A stretch of DNA of 64,000 nt. Origin: a virus. Every line of letters begins with the position of its first letter. The stretch's first letter is position 1. The DNA lies in the IMG/VR virus record IMGVR_UViG_3300032087_004567; one strand, written 5' to 3'. A program made the translations under genes and the position numbers. Below, piece after piece: positions 56,020 through 64,000 of this stretch. A model generated the notes under the pieces. The model had not been told where the DNA came from. It worked only from the letters and a program-made list of their open reading frames with translations, and searched no databases.

Positions 56020-57084
56020 ATGAATTTTTTTAGAGATTTAGTAAAAGAGATAAAAGATGAAGATACTTCTATTGCCGCTGACGGTGCCGGTTCTGCTGAG
56101 TTTGGTAGTTTTATTGATACTGGTAGCTACATGCTCAATGCTGTGCTCTCGGGCAGCATATATGGTGGCGTTCCTGATAACAAAGTTACTGCATTTGCAG
56201 GAGAGTCCGCTACTGGAAAAACTTATTTCGTATTGGGTGTCGTTAGATCCTTCCTCGAAAAAAACCCCGAAGGAGGAGTAGTTTATTACGATACTGAAGC
56301 TGCTGTAACTAAAGGTATGATGGAGGAGAGAGGGATTGATACTACCAGGGTAATACTCTCTGAACCTGATACGATTCAGAAATTTAAAACTCATGCATTA
56401 AAGATGATTGATGCATATGATAAGCAACCAGAGGAGACTAGACCTCCAATGTTGTTTGTTCTAGATAGTTTAGGCCTTCTATCTACCACGAAAGAAATGG
56501 AAGATAGTTTGGAAGGTAAGGATACGAGAGATATGACTAAGGCGCAAGTTATTAAAGCTGCCTTTCGCGTACTCACGTTAAAGTTGGCAAAGGTAAATGT
56601 ACCTATGCTAGTTACTAACCATGTGTATGATCTTGTTGGATCATATGTACCAATGAAGGAGCTAGGTGGTGGATCAGGACTTAAATATGCTGCCAGTACT
56701 GTTGCGATGCTCACTAAGAAGAAAGAAAAAGACTCTTCAGGGGCAATCGTCGGTAATGTCATCAAAGTTAAGATGTATAAATCCCGACTATCAAAAGAAC
56801 ATAAACAAGTCGAAGTGCTACTTACTTACGACAAAGGTCTAGATAGGTATTATGGTCTTTTAGATTTAGCCGAGAAGTATAGTATCTTTAAAAAAGTATC
56901 TACGCGATATGAATTGCCAGATGGTAGTAAGGCGTTTGGTAAACAAATTAATAATAATCCAGAAAAATATTATACTGAAGATATTCTAAAGCAAATAGAA
57001 GAGGCTGCAGGTAAAGAATATAAGTATGGATCGGTTGAGGGAATAGATGATAGAGAAGACGATACTGAGCAGACTGCTGCATGA
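56020..57084 (+). CDS. uvsX: RecA-like recombinase UvsX
   Basis: [39 protein letters not shown]. Confidence 0.94.
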   Translation: MNFFRDLVKEIKDEDTSIAADGAGSAEFGSFIDTGSYMLNAVLSGSIYGGVPDNKVTAFAGESATGKTYFVLGVVRSFLEKNPEGGVVYYDTEAAVTKGMMEERGIDTTRVILSEPDTIQKFKTHALKMIDAYDKQPEETRPPMLFVLDSLGLLSTTKEMEDSLEGKDTRDMTKAQVIKAAFRVLTLKLAKVNVPMLVTNHVYDLVGSYVPMKELGGGSGLKYAASTVAMLTKKKEKDSSGAIVGNVIKVKMYKSRLSKEHKQVEVLLTYDKGLDRYYGLLDLAEKYSIFKKVSTRYELPDGSKAFGKQINNNPEKYYTEDILKQIEEAAGKEYKYGSVEGIDDREDDTEQTAA

Positions 57085-58435
57085 TGATGATTTCTTAAGA
57101 AAAACAATACCATTTCTTAAAGCAGAGTATTTTACAGATAGACATTTTCAATCTTTATATAACGTAATAAATGACTATGTTGAGAAGTATAACAATAGTC
57201 CTACCATACCTGCGTTAAAGATAGAAGTAGAAAATCTAACTGGTGTTAGTGATGATGATATAAAAGAAATCTATAACACTATAAATGAATTTAAAGAAGA
57301 TGATAGTAACCAGCAATGGCTACTTGATGAGACTGAAAAGTTTTGTCAGAATAAGGCAATCTATAATGCTATAATGAAATCTATTTCTATCATGGATGGT
57401 AGAGATAAAGAGAATGCAAAAGGTAATATACCTGATATACTTTCAAAGGCTTTAGCGGTATCTTTTGATACCCATATTGGTCATGACTTCTTAGATGATT
57501 ATAATGAAAGATATGATTTTTATCATAAAAAAGAAATACGTATACCTTTTGATTTAGATTACTTAAATAGAATAACTAAAGGTGGTCTACCTAAGAAGAC
57601 TTTAAATATAGCCCTTGCCGGTACCGGTGTTGGTAAGTCGTTATTCATGTGTCACTGTGCTGCAGCTAATCTTACTGCAGGTCAAAATGTACTTTACATC
57701 TCCCTAGAGATGTCCGAGGAAAAGATAGCAGAACGTATAGATGCCAACTTACTGAATGTACAAGTAGATGAACTAACCGTATTACCTAGAGATGCATATG
57801 AAAAGAAAGTAAATAGAGTACGAGAAAAGACAGCAGGTAAGTTAATTATAAAAGAGTATCCTACTGCTGCAGCTGGTGCAAATCACTTTAGACATCTACT
57901 TAACGAACTAAAACTTAAAAAATCCTTTATCCCTGATATCATATATGTTGATTACCTAAATATTTGTATATCCTCACGGTTAAGGTATGGATCTAATATT
58001 AACACATATAGTTACATTAAGTCTATATCAGAAGAGTTGAGAGGATTAGCTGTAGAGTATGATTTACCAATTGTTAGTGCTACCCAGACTACTCGTTCGG
58101 GTTACTCTAATACTGATTTAGGTTTAGAAGATACGTCTGAATCGTTTGGATTACCTGCTACTGCTGACTTAATGTTTGCTTTAATATCCTCTGAAGAATT
58201 GGAGAATTTAGGTCAAATGATGGTTAAGCAGTTGAAAAATAGATATAATGATCCAACGTTATATAAGAAGTTTGTTATTGGTGTCGATAGATCTAAAATG
58301 AAATTATATGATGTAGAACAAAGAGCTCAAGAAGATATAGTAGATGATAAGCCGTTATTTGATGACTCTAAAACAGGTAAGAGAGTTGGTTCTGAGCGTA
58401 AATCCAGACAGGATGTATTTAAGGAGTTAATATGA
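57047..58435 (+). CDS. gp41: Replicative helicase gp41
   Basis: [42 protein letters not shown]. Confidence 0.95.
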   Translation: MIEKTILSRLLHDDDFLRKTIPFLKAEYFTDRHFQSLYNVINDYVEKYNNSPTIPALKIEVENLTGVSDDDIKEIYNTINEFKEDDSNQQWLLDETEKFCQNKAIYNAIMKSISIMDGRDKENAKGNIPDILSKALAVSFDTHIGHDFLDDYNERYDFYHKKEIRIPFDLDYLNRITKGGLPKKTLNIALAGTGVGKSLFMCHCAAANLTAGQNVLYISLEMSEEKIAERIDANLLNVQVDELTVLPRDAYEKKVNRVREKTAGKLIIKEYPTAAAGANHFRHLLNELKLKKSFIPDIIYVDYLNICISSRLRYGSNINTYSYIKSISEELRGLAVEYDLPIVSATQTTRSGYSNTDLGLEDTSESFGLPATADLMFALISSEELENLGQMMVKQLKNRYNDPTLYKKFVIGVDRSKMKLYDVEQRAQEDIVDDKPLFDDSKTGKRVGSERKSRQDVFKELI

Positions 58436-58593
58436 GAAAGCTTTTAATTTGGTCAATAATGTTTCCTATACAATGCTTTACCATTATTGGTGTTTATGCG
58501 TTAAATATTACGAGAAGTCTACTACAGGCACCATCTGATGCATGGGTTCATGCTGAAATTTTAAATGATACAATAGAAGATGAAGTGGAGTGA
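58432..58593 (+). CDS. 53-aa hydrophobic hypothetical protein (not in the ORF track)
   Basis: [11 protein letters not shown]...; RBS aaggag; ATGA overlap with gp41. Confidence 0.5.
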   Translation: MRKLLIWSIMFPIQCFTIIGVYALNITRSLLQAPSDAWVHAEILNDTIEDEVE

Positions 58594-59104
58594 ATACGAT
58601 ACATATAATTATTGGTACCCTAAAAATCATATTATGCAAATTGAAGTCACCGGACACAGGTCTAAAAAGATAAAAGAAATTGTTTATAGAGCTGTAGAAT
58701 ATTATTGTACATTATTATTAGATAAAAGACGTGCAAAGTCTTTATGGATTGAAGTTGAATTAAAAAATAGACTTGATAACGATGCAGAAGGCTATTGCTT
58801 CTATGAAGGGTACGATAGAGGCAATAGAGACTTTACTATACAAATTGCCAAACATTTTAAACTAGAAAATATTCTTAAGAACATAGCCCATGAATGTGTT
58901 CATCTTAAACAATTTGCAAAAGGTGAACTTAAGGATAACTTTAATCGATCAAGTTTTTGGATGGGTAAGAAGTTTGATGATCAGGCACATGACTACTATG
59001 ATCTACCATGGGAGATAGAGGCATTTGGTAGAGAACAAGGATTGTATTATAAATTTTTAAGAGATAATCCAATAGAAAAAAGTCTATTGAATAAGTTTAT
59101 TTAA
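58580..59104 (+). CDS. HEXXH zinc metallopeptidase-like protein
   Basis: AHECVHLKQ, PWEIEA. Confidence 0.75.
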   Translation: MKWSEYDTYNYWYPKNHIMQIEVTGHRSKKIKEIVYRAVEYYCTLLLDKRRAKSLWIEVELKNRLDNDAEGYCFYEGYDRGNRDFTIQIAKHFKLENILKNIAHECVHLKQFAKGELKDNFNRSSFWMGKKFDDQAHDYYDLPWEIEAFGREQGLYYKFLRDNPIEKSLLNKFI

Positions 59105-59274
59105 TCAGCATCTGCTATTGTTAATATTCCTTCATTAACCTGACGCATGATTTCGGCATAATGAGTGTTATCCAAATCTATTGGGACAGACCAAGTAACT
59201 CCGTCTATAGTACAACTTACTGATTGAAGTTCTCCATCAGTCCCTCTCGCATATTGTGCATTAGTAATTTCCAT
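59101..59274 (-). CDS. 57-aa fibre chaperone-like protein (not in the ORF track)
   Basis: MEITNAQY...VPIDLDNTHYAEIMRQVNEGILTIADAD; paralog of 17362..17538. Confidence 0.75.
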   Translation of the reverse strand: MEITNAQYARGTDGELQSVSCTIDGVTWSVPIDLDNTHYAEIMRQVNEGILTIADAD

Positions 59275-59282
59275 ATTAACTC

Positions 59283-60452
59283 CTATAGTTCTGCGTCTGC
59301 TTCATAATGAAATAAAAGTCCCCCTCCAGTATTACCACCAACGGTAACAGTAAAATAAGGGAATCCAGTTCTTCCTCTATCGATAACAGAAACTGTTCCT
59401 AAATCTGTATCTGCTGCAGTTGTAGTACCATCAACACCTAAATATTTATGGGCATCACCAGCCACATTATCACTTGGCCTTCTTATAGTAACTGATGGAA
59501 ATGCTCTCATTGTAACAGGAAATGTAGTGCCTGATGCATAACGAGTGCCTGATATCCCATGAGCAAATGAAGCTCCAGGGTATGTACTTCCACTTATTTG
59601 CCTTGTATTATAATAATACCTAAAACATTTTTGTTCTATTTTATCAACTGGCTCGAACTCAAATCCTGTAGCTTGATCTCCTACTTCTAGTTGCCAACCT
59701 GTGGTTAAAAATTCGTTACTTGTAGAATCTGCTAGATTGACTTGGTTAGGTGATACCCTATTTGCATTAGTAGCAGTCGCCCAAGCCGAATCGTTAAAAG
59801 TTCCTGATGTAAAAGTAGTACCAGCACCTAACCAAATTTGTGTTTCGAACGCAAGTCCATTATTATTATTAACTCCCTCTGTAGTATCACCTGGTATGGT
59901 AACTGTTTTTTTCTCCCAAGTATTTGCGTTGTTTATTGTTATTTCTTTAGCTATTTGTCTTTGTGTAGAAGTTCCATACTTATAAAATTCTACAGTGTAT
60001 ACTCCAGTTTTATTTGATTTTACCCAGCAACTAAATGTTAATTGCTTAGCATTACTAGTTCCATGCGCAATATGTTGTATGTTTTGTCCTTCTATGTTTT
60101 GTAAGATCGAATTATAATCCCCAGCTGCTGGACTTGCATCGGCAGTCGTACAATCTATTTTTAAACTGTATCCAAAACCTTGTCCTGATGGAACATCAGT
60201 TGATTGTGCATGCGTCCAGGTTCCCATAGAATTTAATGAGTTACGTATTCTATCTACACTATGATAACCACCAGAAGTTTTACCTGTTGCACTAGTACTT
60301 CTTTGCCAAACATTCATGCCGCCATTGATTAGTAGATTTTTACTTGTTGTTGGATATACTGCATTAACTGTATGCGTTCCATCAGCATTAAATGTGATAT
60401 TATTTGATGTTGCTGAAGGATGTTGAAATGCTTTTGCTTTTATTGTACTCAT
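59283..60452 (-). CDS. Fibre/adhesin protein with carbohydrate-binding-like domain
   Basis: KNLLINGGM.VWQR, IEGQN.QH, QLEVG..ATGFEFEP, CFRYY; ends in DAEL. Confidence 0.7.
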   Translation of the reverse strand: MSTIKAKAFQHPSATSNNITFNADGTHTVNAVYPTTSKNLLINGGMNVWQRSTSATGKTSGGYHSVDRIRNSLNSMGTWTHAQSTDVPSGQGFGYSLKIDCTTADASPAAGDYNSILQNIEGQNIQHIAHGTSNAKQLTFSCWVKSNKTGVYTVEFYKYGTSTQRQIAKEITINNANTWEKKTVTIPGDTTEGVNNNNGLAFETQIWLGAGTTFTSGTFNDSAWATATNANRVSPNQVNLADSTSNEFLTTGWQLEVGDQATGFEFEPVDKIEQKCFRYYYNTRQISGSTYPGASFAHGISGTRYASGTTFPVTMRAFPSVTIRRPSDNVAGDAHKYLGVDGTTTAADTDLGTVSVIDRGRTGFPYFTVTVGGNTGGGLLFHYEADAEL

Positions 60453-60748
60453 GAATTATCCTTTGGATACTTATCTTTTATTGCTTGAATTTTAGCGGCC
60501 ATATCATCAGGAAATGCTCCTGCTTTAAATAATGCATCTAACTGATCACCAATAGATGGATACTCTGGTTGTCTTTTTCTTTGATATTCTTTTGCATCAT
60601 ATTCAGCTTGTAATCTAGTAATCTCTGCTTGAATCTCATCTTCAGTAGGCTGGGAGATTCCAGGCGATAACCACTCAATAACTTCACCACGAATAATCCA
60701 TTCTGCTGTTGGTAACAAAGACTTAAGTGCTGTTCCTTTATCTATCAT
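60449..60748 (-). CDS. XkdW-like fibre assembly chaperone
   Basis: AL..L.P.AEW...W......PT..EI...Y...R..EYP.I.DQLD....IK.KYPK. Confidence 0.65.
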   Translation of the reverse strand: MIDKGTALKSLLPTAEWIIRGEVIEWLSPGISQPTEDEIQAEITRLQAEYDAKEYQRKRQPEYPSIGDQLDALFKAGAFPDDMAAKIQAIKDKYPKDNS

Positions 60749-61278
60749 ACCACTATCTCCATCAAAGTTATAACACAATTATACAAATAAAAATTATTTC
60801 CCCCACTAGGACTCATATCAGCACTAACTCTATATGTAACTTGACTTGTAGTTGCTGGAGAATCTAAATGTGTAAGAGCAGCGTGTGACCTAGAATTATT
60901 ATTATGTTGATAATTCATAGCATTTCCCCAATTTTGAACAATTTCAGTAGAATCTCTAAAAAGACTAATCCAACAATAATTCGCACCAGAACCACCTCCT
61001 CTTTCAGTAAAACAAGTACTTGTTACTAAAATTTTATTTGAAGATGACGTTGGAGTTATAGTTTGCGAGTGAAAAGTAACATCAGTACTTGTTGAAGTAC
61101 CTGTTTGTATTGTAGATGGATTTTTAGAAGAAACAACCTGAATAATCGTTCCATTACCAGCAGCAATAACACCAGCTCTATCAGGTAATGTTAGTGTTCT
61201 ATCAGTAGAACTATTAGGTGGTTGTATAGTAAAATCACCTGTGTTTGCTGAACTTCCTTTTATTTTAATTACACTCAT
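60745..61278 (-). CDS. Short fibre/spike module
   Basis: DRTLTLPD, IIQVV, ITPTSSSNKILV, LDSPATTS.VTY, ITLMEI. Confidence 0.65.
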   Translation of the reverse strand: MSVIKIKGSSANTGDFTIQPPNSSTDRTLTLPDRAGVIAAGNGTIIQVVSSKNPSTIQTGTSTSTDVTFHSQTITPTSSSNKILVTSTCFTERGGGSGANYCWISLFRDSTEIVQNWGNAMNYQHNNNSRSHAALTHLDSPATTSQVTYRVSADMSPSGGNNFYLYNCVITLMEIVV

Positions 61279-61281
61279 ATT

Positions 61282-61458
61282 TTATTCCGTAATCGCATCT
61301 AATTGTGCTTGAGTTGGTTTTGCTAATGTTGGATGATTCCATACAGCAATGAAGTCACCATTACCATCACTATTATTTTGTAATGTAATAACTCCTGTTG
61401 AAAAATCAAAAGTTTCTAACTCTGGGTATATTGTTACTATTTTGTTATATAAACTCAT
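61282..61458 (-). CDS. 58-aa XkdW-like protein (not in the ORF track)
   Basis: MSLYNKIVTIYPEL...LQNNSDG.GDFI..WNHPTL.KPT..QL; TAATG-coupled. Confidence 0.7.
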   Translation of the reverse strand: MSLYNKIVTIYPELETFDFSTGVITLQNNSDGNGDFIAVWNHPTLAKPTQAQLDAITE

Positions 61459-61985
61459 TAATCTGTCCTCGATAACATTATTTCAATATAAGTAAATGCT
61501 CTGCCACTATTTGAAATATTTACAGTACCACCATTTTGCCAAACATAAATTTCAAAATAATCTGTTGAACCATTACAATGAACTAAACAATTTCCTGATA
61601 GTGCTAAATCAGTAACTGAGTTTTTAACACTTTCTGTTGACGTTCTTGCGTATTCAGCACCATTTCTCCAGACTGCTATGTAAGCAACTTGATTTTGGAG
61701 ACCTAAAAAATATGCTTGGGCCCTCACATAATAATAACCAGCTTGTTGTGGTGTATACCTACTTGACGCAAACCAACCATCTGTGTCAATTTCTTCAGCA
61801 TTAAAAGTTACTTTTGTCCAAGTGCTAGATGAAACTGATTGAGTAGCATCATCTTTATATGCAACAAGCAAAGGAACTTTAGGTGGGGTTGTTGATTCCG
61901 TAGATAGTATTGATCCATTTGTTGATCCTGGTACATCTAAATTGTTTAACTTTCCAGTGCTTGTCCCTGATACTGTTATAGTCAT
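61458..61985 (-). CDS. C1q/TNF-like fibre head protein
   Basis: WTKV.F..E..D...F..SRYTP..AGYY, NG..DY.E.YV.Q. Confidence 0.6.
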   Translation of the reverse strand: MTITVSGTSTGKLNNLDVPGSTNGSILSTESTTPPKVPLLVAYKDDATQSVSSSTWTKVTFNAEEIDTDGWFASSRYTPQQAGYYYVRAQAYFLGLQNQVAYIAVWRNGAEYARTSTESVKNSVTDLALSGNCLVHCNGSTDYFEIYVWQNGGTVNISNSGRAFTYIEIMLSRTD

Positions 61986-61994
61986 TTATTTTCC

Positions 61995-62471
61995 TTATAT
62001 AACTGTCCATACAGCATCATTAGATACTGTTACTGTAACATTATTTGATATCTCTATTGGACCTGCTGACATTGCATTCTTATCATTTGGAATGGTGTAG
62101 TTTGTGGTTACAACTTGATCATTGAGATGGAAGACCTGATCTGATCCTCCTCCTGTTGCACCTCCACCTACAGAAGCCCATGCAGATCCATTATAACCTT
62201 CAAAGCTACTATCTTCTGTATTAAATCTTAACTTACCTGTTACAGCTGATCCTCTTTGTCCAGTATTACCTGTGGGTACTGTAATAGAATCATTTCCAGG
62301 CAATACAATATTGTCTTCTAATTTACCAGATGTTATATTACTATCGGCTATTTTAACTGTAGTAATAGTACCATCGGCAATATCAGAAGCAACAACTGTA
62401 TTACTTGCTATTTTGTCTGCATTGATTGCATCATCGGCAATCGCATCTGTTCCAATTTTTGATAAAGCCAT
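61995..62471 (-). CDS. Fibre-associated protein
   Basis: MALSKI, IAD..IT..KI repeats, P.G.T.QR...G..RFN....FEGY.G..W, GGG.D..F..N...T.NYTI...NAMSAGP. Confidence 0.65.
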   Translation of the reverse strand: MALSKIGTDAIADDAINADKIASNTVVASDIADGTITTVKIADSNITSGKLEDNIVLPGNDSITVPTGNTGQRGSAVTGKLRFNTEDSSFEGYNGSAWASVGGGATGGGSDQVFHLNDQVVTTNYTIPNDKNAMSAGPIEISNNVTVTVSNDAVWTVI

Positions 62472-62476
62472 ATTCT

Positions 62477-62498
62477 TATTTATATGTCGTTATAAATA
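62477..62498. promoter_or_regulatory. Back-to-back divergent T4-type late promoters
   Basis: TATTTATA at 62477-62484 (TATAAATA on the minus strand) and TATAAATA at 62491-62498. Confidence 0.7.
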
Positions 62499-62569
62499 AC
62501 GATGTAAATGTTGGAACTATATTACGTCTGACCCCACCAGATTGATTAAATTATCCTTATTAATTTTTT

Positions 62570-63109
62570 TTGGAGAACAATTTGATCGATCCGATCACAG
62601 CCATTACTGCGGCTACAGCTGCATTTAATGGAGTCAAAAAATTAGTACAAGCAGGAAGAGAAATAGAGGATGTTACCGGGCAAATAGGTAAATGGTTCAC
62701 TGCGGTTTCTGATTTTAATCATGCAAGGAGTGAGGCAGAGAATCCTTCTAGTATGAAAAAGTTTATGTCTCCTAAGTCAGTTGAACAAGAGGCATTAGAT
62801 ATTGTAATTCATAAGAAGAAAATCCAGGAGATGGAAGCAGAACTTGCAACCATGATTAAATGGAGATATGGCGGTACTGTTTATGAAGAAATGATTGCAA
62901 TGAGAAGAAAGTTGAGAGCTCAAAGAGAGCAAGCCGTCTATGCAAAATTAAGAAGAAAAAAACAAATAAGAGATGCAATCATAGCATTTGCTATTGCAGG
63001 AATTGGATTATATCTAACATGGTTAATTGCCGATACAGCACTTAAGATGCATGAGAAGAAAAATCCACCAGAGGAAAAATATAAAGTAGAATTGCCCACA
63101 TCACCATGA
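62570..63109 (+). CDS. Hypothetical protein with C-terminal TM helix
   Basis: IDPITA..AA..AF..VK N-term; hydrophobic AIIAFAIAGIGLYLTWLI. Start may be TTG 62582. Confidence 0.65.
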   Translation: MENNLIDPITAITAATAAFNGVKKLVQAGREIEDVTGQIGKWFTAVSDFNHARSEAENPSSMKKFMSPKSVEQEALDIVIHKKKIQEMEAELATMIKWRYGGTVYEEMIAMRRKLRAQREQAVYAKLRRKKQIRDAIIAFAIAGIGLYLTWLIADTALKMHEKKNPPEEKYKVELPTSP

Positions 63110-63303
63110 TATTAGAGAATAGAGATAGCGGTAACAAACAGTTTATAGTTTATAATTCATGTAATGAAGTTATACTAATAACGGCTAATTTAAAGATAGC
63201 ACAATATTATGATAAGTTTTTAGATGGTAAATGTAATCCTATAAATGTCTATACTGTTAAAGATGGTAAGACTATTGCTGATAATCAAGGACCTATCGTC
63301 TAA
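63106..63303 (+). CDS. Hypothetical protein
   Basis: ATGA-coupled to the upstream ORF. Confidence 0.45.
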   Translation: MILENRDSGNKQFIVYNSCNEVILITANLKIAQYYDKFLDGKCNPINVYTVKDGKTIADNQGPIV

Positions 63304-63808
63304 AAAAGTTTACATTCTCAGGTGATCTACCCCATAGCATTTGAGGAAGTAAAACATAACCTCTTTTTTCCTCACCTGTAATTGGATTGTGCATCCATCT
63401 TTTAGTTCCTATTGGATTACGACCCATACGTTTAAATGCTATTTTTGCCTTAGTTTCAGGTGTATGTCGTTTACCTGCAAAGTGTCTATACTTTCTTGCA
63501 GCAAGAGATAGTTTTCTTTTATGCTCATCAGTCTTTTTATACTTGCTTAGACTTTCAGATATTTTTACTCTAATCTTTTCTTGTATTTCAGGCGACCAAT
63601 ACTTCCAACCAAATTTCATCTTAACTGTATAATCTCTTATAACATCTTTTGGTTTGTATTGTTTTATAATTTTATCAAGAATAATATCTACATTTTCGGC
63701 ATCTTTAAGAATAGAAATCTGTTCATACATTTTATGATCAACTCTAAACTCTTTCTCAGTCTTATCTGTTATGTAAATTTTATCTTGTACCAGGTATAGT
63801 CTTAACAT
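63293..63808 (-). CDS. NUMOD3-repeat DNA-binding protein (homing-endonuclease-related)
   Basis: SPEIQEKIR.KIS, TDEHKRKLS, GKRHTPETKAKI, W..N...E...W.GR. Confidence 0.65.
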   Translation of the reverse strand: MLRLYLVQDKIYITDKTEKEFRVDHKMYEQISILKDAENVDIILDKIIKQYKPKDVIRDYTVKMKFGWKYWSPEIQEKIRVKISESLSKYKKTDEHKRKLSLAARKYRHFAGKRHTPETKAKIAFKRMGRNPIGTKRWMHNPITGEEKRGYVLLPQMLWGRSPENVNFFRR

Positions 63809-63825
63809 AACTTTATATATACATG

Positions 63826-63854
63826 TTGATTAAATATTTAATTTCGTATATAAT
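63826..63854 (+). promoter_or_regulatory. Sigma70-like promoter
   Basis: TTGATT-N17-TATAAT, 6 nt before the ATG at 63861. Confidence 0.65.
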
Positions 63855-63860
63855 AAATTG

Positions 63861-64000
63861 ATGTTTACAGAAGACAAAATATTAGTAATAGAAAACTTTT
63901 TTAATAATCCTTTATCTATTAGGGATAGTGCGTTAAAATGCGATTACTTTAAATGTAGTGAAGAATTACAAGAAAATAATATATTTTTTACACAGCAAAG
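63861..64000 (+). CDS. 3'-truncated ORF, possibly a 2OG-Fe(II) oxygenase-like protein
   Basis: MFTEDKILVIENFFNNPLSIRDSAL; an I.VI.NF..NP..IR N-terminus is common in phage dioxygenase-like proteins. Confidence 0.45.
   Translation, partial: MFTEDKILVIENFFNNPLSIRDSALKCDYFKCSEELQENNIFFTQQ

Noticed and set aside
19947-58435. Introns or inteins in gp17, gp20, gp23, gp43, uvsX, gp41
   Set aside because: All are continuous ORFs of ordinary length with no intein motifs.
16076-60452. Diversity-generating retroelement or invertase shufflon behind the fibre paralogs
   Set aside because: No reverse transcriptase, recombinase, adenine-specific TR/VR pair or crossover-site repeats were seen in the window.
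1128-63799. Numerous short antisense or off-frame ORFs in the track (e.g. 9838-10290, 23822-24142, 39061-39432, 56391-56765, 59701-59985, 63387-63632)
   Set aside because: They lie within well-supported genes and show no motifs or RBS; they are expected codon-bias shadows.
1-64000. Stop-codon reassignment, tRNA genes, CRISPR array
   Set aside because: Core genes are intact in code 11 and TAA, TAG and TGA all terminate genes. No cloverleaf or repeat-spacer pattern was noticed, and intergenic space is minimal.

Overview
This is a 64-kb, AT-rich segment of a large T4-like (contractile-tailed) dsDNA phage genome. No tRNA, rRNA, CRISPR array, intron or intein was recognised. Layout: (1) 1-15 kb, a modular fibre/adhesin region containing a three-domain GT25 + PLOD-type glycosyltransferase + lysyl-hydroxylase-like fusion; (2) 15-31 kb, the T4 virion core (gp13-gp23, gp3) with TATAAATA late promoters; (3) 31-37 kb, uvsY/uvsW/gp55/gp47/gp46 and peptide deformylase; (4) 37.5-46.8 kb, a 7-deazaguanine DNA-modification island (queE, a purine PRTase, queD, folE, a GIY-YIG-like protein, a TGT/DpdA-like barrel, a divergent PurN-like formyltransferase, a P-loop kinase, queF, DUF3310-like, queC, a HAD nucleotidase, a stand-alone class II amidotransferase, a MazG-like pyrophosphatase, then a GT-A glycosyltransferase); (5) 46.8-59 kb, replication genes (gp45, gp44, a second purN, gp62, regA, hsp20, gp43, uvsX, gp41); (6) 59-62.5 kb, a minus-strand fibre cassette paralogous to one inserted between gp13 and gp14. 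The best candidates for unusual systems are the apparently nucleotide-pool-level (N-formyl-)preQ1 guanine-replacement pathway and the single-polypeptide collagen-type hydroxylation/glycosylation enzyme among Asn-sequon-rich virion proteins. All calls come from motif recognition by eye; no database searches were run.
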